Source of the DNA: a virus
Direction: 5' to 3' (one strand)
Virus record (IMG/VR): IMGVR_UViG_3300025913_000025
Span: 1 to 64,000 of that record
DNA length: 64,000 bases
Position numbers and translations under genes: made by a program. The notes beneath the pieces were generated by a model, which ran no database searches, was not told where the DNA came from, and saw only the letters and a program-made list of their open reading frames with translations. This document shows positions 36,980 through 45,804 of this stretch, in pieces. Each line of letters begins with the position of its first letter. The stretch's first letter is position 1.

Positions 36980-37600
36980 ATGTCGGAAACAATCGTACCG
37001 CGCGAAACCATCTTTGACGACTCGCCCGGAGAAGAATGGCGTTGGATTCCGGGATGGCCGGCTTATCAGGTTTCGGATCGCGGCCGTGTCAAAAGTTTCT
37101 GGACTCGCGAAGGTTCTCCGCGAAACGGCACGCTTCGAATGGTCGTGGGATCAGTCGGAAAGATCCTGAAACCGGCGTGCGAGCCGAAAACTGGACACTG
37201 GCATGTCACGCTTGGGAAAGGCGCTTCAGGTGGGCAGAAAACGTTCAAGAACAGCCGGCTCGTCCTGATGGCATTCGACCGCCTGCCTATTGGAAAAGAG
37301 GATGCGAGGCACCTGCACGATCCGGATCCGCGAAACTGCAATCGATCGAATCTCGCGTGGGGTTCACGGCTTGATAATTTTAAAGACTTCGAACGGCACA
37401 CGGGGATGAGACTGAACGCAAAGCTCTCGATGCAACAAATCGAGGAAATCCGATCGCGGATCGACGGAGTGCGAGGAACCCAACGGCGACTGGCAAAAGA
37501 GTTCAACGTTTCGGTTCAATTGGTGACTTTGATCAAGCAAGGAAGAACAGGCTCAGATTCAAGGAAAACGCTCAATGACGACGGATCGTATTCTCTTTAA
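36980..37600 (+). CDS. NUMOD4-HNH homing endonuclease
   Basis: EEWRWIPGWPAYQVSDRGRVKS; RHL.D.DPRNCNRSNLAWGS..DN. Confidence 0.88.
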   Translation: MSETIVPRETIFDDSPGEEWRWIPGWPAYQVSDRGRVKSFWTREGSPRNGTLRMVVGSVGKILKPACEPKTGHWHVTLGKGASGGQKTFKNSRLVLMAFDRLPIGKEDARHLHDPDPRNCNRSNLAWGSRLDNFKDFERHTGMRLNAKLSMQQIEEIRSRIDGVRGTQRRLAKEFNVSVQLVTLIKQGRTGSDSRKTLNDDGSYSL

Positions 37601-37740
37601 TCGGCGAGCCGTCAAACCGGCGTGAAATGGGCGGTGCCACGGCACCGGTCAAACGCCAATTCGCACAAGCGTCCCGTGTCGAACTATTCCAGGGTCGAGA
37701 ACCCGTTCGGGTTCTCTCTGGTTCAATCGAAGGAAACAGC

Positions 37741-38184
37741 ATGTATACTGAACAACTCAGTCAGCAATTGGCCTTCATGGGCCAGGTCATCCCCGCGACG
37801 GCGGCGACCGGCTCGAGCATGGTCACGGAGGCCATCCCGCTCGGCAACCAGCGCCGCACGCTGTTCACGCTCCAGATGGGTGGGTTCGCGACCAGCGGTG
37901 CCGCGCAAATCTTGGTCCAGGGTGCCACGGCATCCGGTGCGACCTTCACCACGATCACGTCGCTCACTTCGCCGTTCCTCACGGCATCGGGAGCGGTGCA
38001 GTCGGAGGCGACGGAGGAAAACATCGTCGCGCTCAACCTTGGGTACCAATGGTTGAAAGGCGTGGTCTCAGTGACAGGAGCCAATGTCAGCGGTATCGCA
38101 CTCAGCGTCTACGGTGGAAATTTTCGCTGGGGTCCGGGATCGCAGTATAACCGGAGTTACGTACTCTCACCGACAATTTTCTGA
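37741..38184 (+). CDS. probable capsid decoration/cement protein
   Basis: Small Thr/Ala/Gly-rich beta protein directly after capsid; AAGGA RBS. Confidence 0.6.
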   Translation: MYTEQLSQQLAFMGQVIPATAATGSSMVTEAIPLGNQRRTLFTLQMGGFATSGAAQILVQGATASGATFTTITSLTSPFLTASGAVQSEATEENIVALNLGYQWLKGVVSVTGANVSGIALSVYGGNFRWGPGSQYNRSYVLSPTIF

Positions 38185-38218
38185 GGTGTTTATGTGAGTA
38201 ATCGTCGAACGATGACGG

Positions 38219-38283
38219 TTGCAAAGCAGAACACATCCGGGTAAAATGCGAGGCCATCGGAAGCGTCAACTTCCGATGGCCTC
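38219..38283 (+). promoter_or_regulatory. HNH promoter and 14-bp hairpin
   Basis: TTGCAA-N17-TAAAAT then GAGGCCATCGGAAG-CGTCAA-CTTCCGATGGCCTC. Confidence 0.7.
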
Positions 38284-38312
38284 TTTCACAAGCCCCTTGA
38301 CTGGAGGGACTC

Positions 38313-39122
38313 ATGTCGGAATCGATTATCACGAATCAAGCCGTTCCTGTCATCAGCCAAGGGGAATTCGCGTTCGGCGATCTTCCGGAAACGGAAGAAT
38401 GGCGAGGCATCGTCGGATTCGAGGGGTACGAAGTCTCGAATCTCGGGCGTGTGCGCAGTTGGAAAGTTATCGGCGGCCATCGAAAACGATCTAGTGAGCC
38501 ACGGATTAAAACGCTCACACCAGATCCCGAAGGCTATTTGAACGTAGGGCTTTGGAAAAACGGCAAAACGATTCTAAAAGGCGTGCATAGGCTCGTTTTG
38601 ATCGCATTCGTCGGAATCCGCAGTTCCAAGATTCAATCCCGTCATATCGACGGCAACCCCGCCAACAATTTGCTGTCCAATTTAGAGTGGGGCACGGCCA
38701 AGCAAAACGCAGACGACAGGACGAGGCATGGGAGAACTCCAATGGCCTCGGTTCACTATGCGACCGAGTTCACAGAAGAGACGATTATTGAGATTCGCCG
38801 AAGACGTGCTGCCGGTGAAAGACAAATCAGTCTTGCGGCTGAGTTCGGAATCACGAGGGCTGGAATTTCAGGGATTTGCGTGGGAAGAACATGGGCATCT
38901 GTGAAAGAAGGTCTTGAGGTATCAAGAAAATCGCATAGCGAAGCGCGAAAACTCCGTGGGGAAGGAACAAAATCGTCCAAAATCACAGCGCTTCAGGCAT
39001 CAGAAATCAAAGCGAGACTTCGCAACGGCGAGAGTCACGCCTCGATCGCGTCTCGGTTTGGGGTCAGTCCATCATACGTCACTCTGATGAACAGAGGTAA
39101 ACTCTGGTCCGAGGTCGATTAA
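38313..39122 (+). CDS. NUMOD4-HNH homing endonuclease with two C-terminal HTH repeats
   Basis: EEWRGIVGFEGYEVSNLGRVRS; VHRLVL.AF; RHIDGNPANNLLSNLEWGT..N. Confidence 0.92.
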   Translation: MSESIITNQAVPVISQGEFAFGDLPETEEWRGIVGFEGYEVSNLGRVRSWKVIGGHRKRSSEPRIKTLTPDPEGYLNVGLWKNGKTILKGVHRLVLIAFVGIRSSKIQSRHIDGNPANNLLSNLEWGTAKQNADDRTRHGRTPMASVHYATEFTEETIIEIRRRRAAGERQISLAAEFGITRAGISGICVGRTWASVKEGLEVSRKSHSEARKLRGEGTKSSKITALQASEIKARLRNGESHASIASRFGVSPSYVTLMNRGKLWSEVD

Positions 39123-39134
39123 CCCGAAGGCACC

Positions 39135-40871
39135 ATGGCAAAGATACAACAGCGCGTAGTCTTCCGTGACCACGAACTCGCTCACCGCTATCTCGACGGT
39201 TTCAAAGGAATCGAGATCGGCGCAAGCGAGAACAATCCGCACAACATCGCCGGCACGATCAACGTCGACTACTCTGACGAACACACGCGATTCAAGGAGG
39301 TCGAGGTCGAAATCTGCGGGACCGCCTGCAAAGTGGATGTCGTTGCGGAAGCCGACGAGTTGCCATTTGACGATAGCAGCCAGGATTTCGTGCTTTCCAG
39401 TCACGTCTTCGAACATCTTCCCGACCCGATCAAGGCCGTCAAAGAATGGATTCGCGTGGTTCGTCCGGGCGGAATTATTTTCGCCGTCGTGGCGTTGAGC
39501 GAAGGTCCAGGGACTCACCCTGCGGATAACGGAAAGCCGATCACGGAACTCGACCATTACGCCGAAGACCATGAGCGGGGCGAGACGGTCGAGACGCATC
39601 CAATCCCCGAGGGTCACGAAAAGCGTGGACACTACCATCGCTTCAGTTACCAATCGATGAAAGCGTTCGTCAAACGATTCTTTCCGACCGAACTGAAGTA
39701 CATCGACGGAGAACCAACAGACTCCAAGGTTGGAGTTGGCCATACTCACGTCCTCCGAGTCACCAAGCCGACCCCCACCGGCTCGCCCAGGATCGACATC
39801 AAGCCCCAGCGCGTCCGCGTCTGGATCAACATGCCCGATGAAACGGGATGCACCTACTATCGGGCGGCCGCGCCGTTCCAGTTCTGCCACGAGGAGCTTT
39901 CCCAGAAAGGCATCGACCTGTACCGCGGTGGCGTCGACGGCGGCGCGATGCCGGACTCGAGCTACGACGTTTACGTTCAGCAACGGGCGCCCGATCCGAG
40001 CGCGTACACGTTCTTTCACTGGGTTCTCAAGAGCAATCGGCGCCTGATCTGGGAACTGGACGACGACTTCAACAGCATCCCGAAGTGGTCGCCGGCCTAC
40101 GAGGGGGTTCGCAAGGGCGGAAACTTCGCCGCACTGGGTTGCTACCTCGACTTCGCGCACGCGATCACGACGTCGACCCCGTTCCTCGCGGCGAAGATCG
40201 AGGCCGATTTCACGTTCACCAAGGGGAAGACGGTGGTTCTGCCCAACCTGGTGGACGTCTCGAAGTACCGGCGCGTCCTCCCGAGCCCGGGCCGGACGAA
40301 GCGGATCATCTGGACGGGGTCCGGATTCCATGCGGCCGATCTCGAGCTTCTGGTCCCGGTCGTTCAGAAGATCGTTGACGAGACGGATTGGGAATTCGTC
40401 TTCATGGGCGCGATCCCGCCCGACATCTTCAAGTTCCCCGAGCGGCGAGTCTGGAGTCTCGGAGGAGCGCAGATCAAATACTACCCGCGGCTCCTGTGCG
40501 AGCTGTCGGCCGACGTCGCGGTGATCCCGCTCACCCGCACTCTATTTGACCGGAGCAAATCCGCGATCAAATGGATGGAATGCAGCCTGGCGGGCGCGGC
40601 TGTCGTGGCGACCAAGTTCGGTCCCTACGAGGATGCGATCGAGGATGGTCAGACCGGGATTTTCATCGAGAACCCAAACGACCCCGACGAATGGATGGGC
40701 GGGATCCGGTACGCGCTCGAGCATCGGGAACGGCTCGTCGCCAACGCGATTCCCGAGGTGATGAACGGTCACTCGTGGCATTCGATGGTCAATCGGCAGC
40801 GTTGGGTGGACTTTTTCGTGGAGCAAGCGAGACTTTCCATCGAGTTTCAGAACGCGCACCCATTGCCTTGA
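39135..40871 (+). CDS. class I SAM methyltransferase-glycosyltransferase (GT-B) fusion
   Basis: IEIGA, LPFDDSSQDFVLSSHVFEHL, RVVRPGG; then ELDDD, VLPNLVD, KSAIKWMECSLAG. Confidence 0.85.
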   Translation: MAKIQQRVVFRDHELAHRYLDGFKGIEIGASENNPHNIAGTINVDYSDEHTRFKEVEVEICGTACKVDVVAEADELPFDDSSQDFVLSSHVFEHLPDPIKAVKEWIRVVRPGGIIFAVVALSEGPGTHPADNGKPITELDHYAEDHERGETVETHPIPEGHEKRGHYHRFSYQSMKAFVKRFFPTELKYIDGEPTDSKVGVGHTHVLRVTKPTPTGSPRIDIKPQRVRVWINMPDETGCTYYRAAAPFQFCHEELSQKGIDLYRGGVDGGAMPDSSYDVYVQQRAPDPSAYTFFHWVLKSNRRLIWELDDDFNSIPKWSPAYEGVRKGGNFAALGCYLDFAHAITTSTPFLAAKIEADFTFTKGKTVVLPNLVDVSKYRRVLPSPGRTKRIIWTGSGFHAADLELLVPVVQKIVDETDWEFVFMGAIPPDIFKFPERRVWSLGGAQIKYYPRLLCELSADVAVIPLTRTLFDRSKSAIKWMECSLAGAAVVATKFGPYEDAIEDGQTGIFIENPNDPDEWMGGIRYALEHRERLVANAIPEVMNGHSWHSMVNRQRWVDFFVEQARLSIEFQNAHPLP

Positions 40872-40935
40872 CGCGCGATTGCGGCAATAATCCAGCGCAT
40901 GAGATTACTTCCTTTTCATCGATTGGAGAGTCACC

Positions 40936-41364
40936 GTGGATCCCGCGTTGGATTATGACGTGCTGCGCGTGTATGTCGGTGCGCTTCCGCCCGAGGATCG
41001 CCAGGTCTTCGAGCTGATGGCAGGCCTCGAAGGAAACGATCCCGTCTCGGACCGGAACGAGATCAAGGAAGCGCTGGAGCTCAAGAAGGGCAAGACAGCG
41101 GGCCGCATCGAGCGCGCGTTCCGTCGGCTCCGCGCGGCGGCTGAGATTGACGCGGACGTCGAGGACGACGACATCATCGAGAGCTTGATCATCGGCGAGA
41201 CGCGACGACGGGCGAGACTGGTGATCAAGATACACACCTGCCAGCGAGCCGAAGAGGAAGCGCCGGTAGCCGAACCCAAGAACGGGTTCCAGGGGCTTTT
41301 TTGCGATCAATCGCCTGCCGACGTCCCAGCGGATGCGAACGAAGACGACGACCTTCCGCTCTGA
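40936..41364 (+). CDS. sigma70 region-4-like HTH protein
   Basis: LPPEDRQVFELMAGL.G......EI...L........RIERAFRRLR. Confidence 0.55.
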   Translation: MDPALDYDVLRVYVGALPPEDRQVFELMAGLEGNDPVSDRNEIKEALELKKGKTAGRIERAFRRLRAAAEIDADVEDDDIIESLIIGETRRRARLVIKIHTCQRAEEEAPVAEPKNGFQGLFCDQSPADVPADANEDDDLPL

Positions 41365-41373
41365 GGTGAATCG

Positions 41374-41739
41374 ATGGCGCTCCGCTCGAGGAGGTGGGTT
41401 GACCGGAAGACCGGCCAGAGAGTGACCCGCGCTGATTTGGCGCGGTTCCTCTTTGAAGATGATTCCTGCACGCTCGGCGGGATTACCGTGCCGTCTTTGC
41501 GCCCCATGATGCTTCTGTGCCCAAAATGCAAACTTCTCGCGTTCCGAAGCGGCGAGCACGCGTTTTTTGATTCCAACAACGTCGTCTACGACTGCTACGA
41601 ATGCGGATACTTTGCCTGGGACGAATCGACCCAATCCGAGCATCCGTTGCCCGCATATTGGATCGCGGACGCGAAGTCCTGGGGCGCATACGAGGATTCC
41701 GAGGTAGGAAAAGATCATGACCGATCCCAATCGCCGTGA
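41374..41739 (+). CDS. Zn-ribbon hypothetical protein
   Basis: CPKC...CYECG. Confidence 0.5.
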   Translation: MALRSRRWVDRKTGQRVTRADLARFLFEDDSCTLGGITVPSLRPMMLLCPKCKLLAFRSGEHAFFDSNNVVYDCYECGYFAWDESTQSEHPLPAYWIADAKSWGAYEDSEVGKDHDRSQSP

Positions 41740-42274
41740 CTTCCTGAAGACGACGGTCGCGTTTGCGGGAATCCCTCTGATCGCTTCGCCGTCTGCGGCG
41801 GGACCGGTCATCGAACCGCCGAAGAGGCCGAATCGTTATCGACCGGCCGACGTCCAGGCGCTTCTTCCCAAGCCTGGCAAGACGAACGTCATGGCGAGGA
41901 TCCACACCGATTACCTCGATGATCAGGACCAAGTGGTCCTCATTGATGGACTGCGTCTCTGCGAATTCCACGAACTTGCAAGGGTGGTGACGCCTTCCCC
42001 GGAACTCGGCAATCATGGTTGGGAAATCCTTGGGAAATGCCTCTGGATTTCCCAGAGTGAAAAATCTCTGACGGTGGGACTCGTGCTCACAGAAGTCCCC
42101 TATTTTCTCGCATGCGAAAACCAACTTGATGTCGCGCTCGGCTTCAGATCGCACGAATCTTCACCACCGACCCCGGACGAATGCCGACGATTCGAGAACT
42201 ACGGCGTTCCCAAGGCAATTCACCGACGCTGGGAATTGCTCGAGTTGATCCTGGTCCCGATTGAGGAGGACTAG
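41717..42274 (+). CDS. twin-arginine (Tat) signal protein
   Basis: MTDPNRRDFLKTTVAFAGIPLIA. Confidence 0.65.
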   Translation: MTDPNRRDFLKTTVAFAGIPLIASPSAAGPVIEPPKRPNRYRPADVQALLPKPGKTNVMARIHTDYLDDQDQVVLIDGLRLCEFHELARVVTPSPELGNHGWEILGKCLWISQSEKSLTVGLVLTEVPYFLACENQLDVALGFRSHESSPPTPDECRRFENYGVPKAIHRRWELLELILVPIEED

Positions 42275-42279
42275 AAGCG

Positions 42280-42678
42280 ATGGCGAGCTTCCTCTGTTTC
42301 ATCCTGTTCGTGGCCTTCGTGCTCACGTTCTACATCGCCTGCTGGCTGTTCGGCGAGCGCGGTCGTTTGATGACGAAGCTCGATGTCGAGCGAACATGGC
42401 CGACAGCACTTCAACAGGTCATCGATGTTCCGATGGCAGGCGGTCCCGCCGATGGCGCGACTCAAAAGATCAATCTCCTGGCGAGCGTCATAAACCTGCC
42501 GATTGTCAGGGTCCGCAGCATGATGGAGCAGCCGATCTGCACGATCTGGACAGCCGAATCCGCGCCGGCGGTTGAGATTCCGGAGGGCGTGCAGGTCGAG
42601 CATGGCCACGCGGTTTACGAGCGCCATGTCGAATACCGTTTCAAAGAACTGAAGGGAGCATCGATTGAAAGCAAGTGA
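42280..42678 (+). CDS. membrane-anchored hypothetical protein
   Basis: N-terminal TM helix. Confidence 0.6.
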   Translation: MASFLCFILFVAFVLTFYIACWLFGERGRLMTKLDVERTWPTALQQVIDVPMAGGPADGATQKINLLASVINLPIVRVRSMMEQPICTIWTAESAPAVEIPEGVQVEHGHAVYERHVEYRFKELKGASIESK

Positions 42679-42979
42679 ACTGCTTTGCCCGATCGAACCG
42701 TTGACGAACGTCGTGGTCGTCAAGCGGATGCAAGAAGAGACGATCACCGCAGGCGGGATCATCATCCCCGAGGTCTCCCGCGAGAAGCCCGCCAAGGGAG
42801 TCGTGATCGCGAGCGGCCCGGGCACGTTGCTCCCGACCGGTCACATCGAGCCGACCGGCGTTGAGTACGGCGATACCGTCCTCTTCGGCAAGTACAGCGG
42901 CACCGAGATCGAGGTCTTCGGCGAGCGCCTCCTCTTGATCCGCGCCGAGCACCTCCTTGCCACGGAATCGGAGGACTGA
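42665..42979 (+). CDS. groES: co-chaperonin GroES
   Basis: PL...VVVKR...TAGGIIIP...EKP..G.VIASGPG...GDTVLFGKYSGTEI. Confidence 0.92.
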   Translation: MKASELLCPIEPLTNVVVVKRMQEETITAGGIIIPEVSREKPAKGVVIASGPGTLLPTGHIEPTGVEYGDTVLFGKYSGTEIEVFGERLLLIRAEHLLATESED

Positions 42980-43488
42980 TGGCGACCCGACTCAAACGGC
43001 TCGTGCGCAAGGTCGTTTCGACCCACGCCAAGGACGTGGCGAGACTCCGGGCCCTGCTCAACAAGAACGGTTACGATGCGGACGATCTCGAGATCGAGGC
43101 CGCCTATATCGCGTGGAGTCGATCGCTACCACGTCCGTCCGAGTGGCATTCCCTCTCGTACATGACTAACGAAGCAACGTTGTTGAAGGTCCTGCTCGAC
43201 GTGATGATCGTGGAACCCGAGCAGGAATTTGTTGAAACCCCGATCGCGCTCCACACGTCCAGTTCGGGCGCGGAGCTACCGAAGGAGAGCAACCGTGCAG
43301 AAGCCAGCCAAAAACAAGATGACCGGAGCCGCACCGAAGACCAAGGCCGCGGCCGCGCCGGCGCCCAAAGCGTCGCCCGCCTCCGGGAAGAAAAACGCCG
43401 CCGCGCCGGCAAAGGGAAAGAAAGCGAAGTGAAGGCGACCGAGTCGGCTCAGGTCGATGACTTCGAAGATGAAGATGAGGACGACTGA
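42979..43488 (+). CDS. hypothetical protein with acidic tail
   Basis: GGAGG RBS; ends DDFEDEDEDD. Confidence 0.6.
   Translation: MATRLKRLVRKVVSTHAKDVARLRALLNKNGYDADDLEIEAAYIAWSRSLPRPSEWHSLSYMTNEATLLKVLLDVMIVEPEQEFVETPIALHTSSSGAELPKESNRAEASQKQDDRSRTEDQGRGRAGAQSVARLREEKRRRAGKGKESEVKATESAQVDDFEDEDEDD
43295..43432 (+). CDS. overprinted 45-aa Lys/Ala/Pro-rich histone H1-like peptide
   Basis: AAGGAG RBS then GTG; QKPAKNKMTGAAPKTKAAAAPAPKASPASGKKNAAAPAKGKKAK. Confidence 0.5.
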   Translation: MQKPAKNKMTGAAPKTKAAAAPAPKASPASGKKNAAAPAKGKKAK

Positions 43489-43502
43489 CCGGATCAAACC
43501 GG

Positions 43503-43982
43503 TCAGAACAACTCGCCTTGAGTGCGCCGCTCCGATTGCTTCGGGCGGCGTTTCTTTTTGGTCGCTTCCAGACCAGGTCCCGGCATCGACACGGGGACAA
43601 CATACTCACGCCATGCCTTGCGGAGCCGGTTCCGAAAGATCGCGCCCAGAATCGCCTTTGGCATCTTGTGGAGCTGGAGCTCGACCATTCGGTCGAAGAC
43701 TTCGACGATCGCCTCGGCGCTCTTGCCTTCGGTGATGACTCGCGTCACCTGCTGGATGTTCTTGAAGATCCAGTAGTCGTCGAGCAGCAGCAGCGAGAGT
43801 TCCACGCCGGCCGCATTCGCCGCGGCCTGCCGCGCGCCGCGCGCCAGGTTTATGTTCGCCACGGTCTCCAGCAACGAACAGAGCGTGCCGGTGTACGGCG
43901 ATTCATCCGTGGCTTCTTTGGCGAGGTAGAGGAAGTCCGGAATCGGACCCTGCGGTTTCCGCCGTGGCCGTTTCTTCGTCAT
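43503..43982 (-). CDS. hypothetical protein ending in clamp-binding-like motif
   Basis: C-terminus TQGELF. Confidence 0.6.
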   Translation of the reverse strand: MTKKRPRRKPQGPIPDFLYLAKEATDESPYTGTLCSLLETVANINLARGARQAAANAAGVELSLLLLDDYWIFKNIQQVTRVITEGKSAEAIVEVFDRMVELQLHKMPKAILGAIFRNRLRKAWREYVVPVSMPGPGLEATKKKRRPKQSERRTQGELF

Positions 43983-44072
43983 TGCGCCCTCGGCAAAAAG
44001 AAATCCCCGGGCCGACCGAACCCTTGGAGAAGAAGAGTTCGGCCAGCCCAGGGGAAAGAATCCGCGTGAAGT

Positions 44073-44339
44073 TCAGTCTGGATCAACATGGTTCCCGTGT
44101 AGCATGAAGCAGGTTTGATCGCCCGGATTCAATTCAAGCGAATGTTCTTCTCCGCGTTCCAACCAGCCCATTTCTTGCTCAGTCACAAATACCTGCGATG
44201 CTTCGGTCGTCTTGGCCTTCATCAGCCAGAAGCCGATCGTGCCCCAACGGAAACCGGGGATTCCGACCAAATGCCAAGACTCATCGTCCACGTCGATCAT
44301 TGCGCCGAAGGTGTACTTTCGGAAGTTTGCGAGACGCAA
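44073..44339 (-). CDS. hypothetical protein
   Basis: GAGGGGG RBS. Confidence 0.5.
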   Translation of the reverse strand: MRLANFRKYTFGAMIDVDDESWHLVGIPGFRWGTIGFWLMKAKTTEASQVFVTEQEMGWLERGEEHSLELNPGDQTCFMLHGNHVDPD

Positions 44340-44464
44340 CTCTCAACCCCCTCTTGGATTCGACGCAAGCCTATGGAACAATAGGCACATCGGGTTTCGG
44401 ATCAACGTAAGATAACGAAGGCCGAATTCGATGGAAATCATAAGCCAGTGAGACGAAGTAGTCA

Positions 44465-45792
44465 ATGGCAACTATCGATCTCATTACCCCCGATACTTTC
44501 GCGAGCGGATGGGCGACCGCCGACGTTGCGCTCAGCGATGCCGATCAGAACTACCTACCGCTTCTTATCACGGCCGCGTCCGAAGGGATTCAGCGCTGGC
44601 TCAATCGGTGGATCAACGTCCGCGACTACATCGAGATCCGGCAGCCGATCCCCGGACAATGGGACAAGCCGGACCCCGATTATATCGGTTTGAGCTGGTT
44701 CCCGCTCCGGCCCTCCGCGCTTAATCCGAGCTTGAGTTGCCGGACCAACCGCTCGTCCGCAGTGTTCATCTCGAACCAGGGGAACACGAACGTTCAGGAT
44801 GCCTGGTTCTCACTCTACACGATCGGCGAGCCGGACTTCGGCCTTCCTACGCCGGCAGGGATCACGGTCTCCTCTGTCTCGAGCGGCATCCAGACCGACA
44901 ACACGTTCCCCTTCTTTGGAGTCCCCCTCGCGACCGGGTTTTCAGTGGTCGCCTCTGGTACCGGGGGAACGATCCCGACCGGGACCTATCAGGTCGCCTA
45001 CTCGAATCTCAACGGTGCCGGGGAGTCGGTACCGTCTGCGACGAGAAGCGTTGCCGTGACGCTCGGTCAACAACTCATCGCCACGTTCCCGACCCTGATC
45101 CTCAGGCGCTCTCGAGGAACCTCTACGTTTCGACGACGAACGGCAGTTCGGCGACGATGACGGTCCAGAACTCGGCGCCGATCACCGATACCCGATACGC
45201 CGCGAACGCGCTAGTCTCAGGAGCCGCTCCGCAGACGGCGAACTATGCCACGCTCGGCCAGCTCGCGACCGCGATCAACAACTTGGGCAACGGCTGGACC
45301 GCGCAGATCCAGGGACCGACCACGACGTTCGGCGAGTGGTCAACCGCCGATGTCTGGGCTTCGTGCGGAACGCAGGTGGGTTGTCTTTCGACTGGATTCA
45401 CGCAGGGCCTCGATGTGTTCATGACCCGCATGGTCGGCGTTCAAACCGATGTCGCAGGCGGGGCCGTCTGGTTGCCAAAGGGCGCGACTCAGTATGGATC
45501 GGGACCGGGCAACGTGACTCAATGGCCGGGCAGTTGCGATATCGTGATGGGCGGTTCGAACTGGAACGGACCGGTCTTGCTGAAGTATGCAGCCGGATTC
45601 ACGACTGTCCCCGCAGCGATTCAGGATGCGTGCGTCGAACTCGTGAAGGCCATGTTCGAGCGCAAGGGGACCGACACCACGCTCAAGAGTGAGAACACGG
45701 ACCGGTACAGGCGCGAAGCGCTCGAGATGATTCCTTATCTTCCCGGACCGGTGAAGAAGGCGCTTTCGCTCTGGCGATACATCCCTGTCTGA
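44465..45792 (+). CDS. head-to-tail adaptor (gp6/gp15-like), split by a -1 frameshift near 45095
   Basis: N-terminal LITAASEGIQRWLNR (44465-45160) and C-terminal KYAAGFTTVPAAIQDACVELVK...LPGPVKKALSLWR in the -1 frame. Confidence 0.75.
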
Positions 45793-45804
45793 GAAGAGGG
45801 TCCG

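Noticed and set aside
36863-37740. Group I intron in the capsid gene
   Set aside because: The capsid ends with a normal SPFV.L C-terminus and stop; no downstream exon recognised
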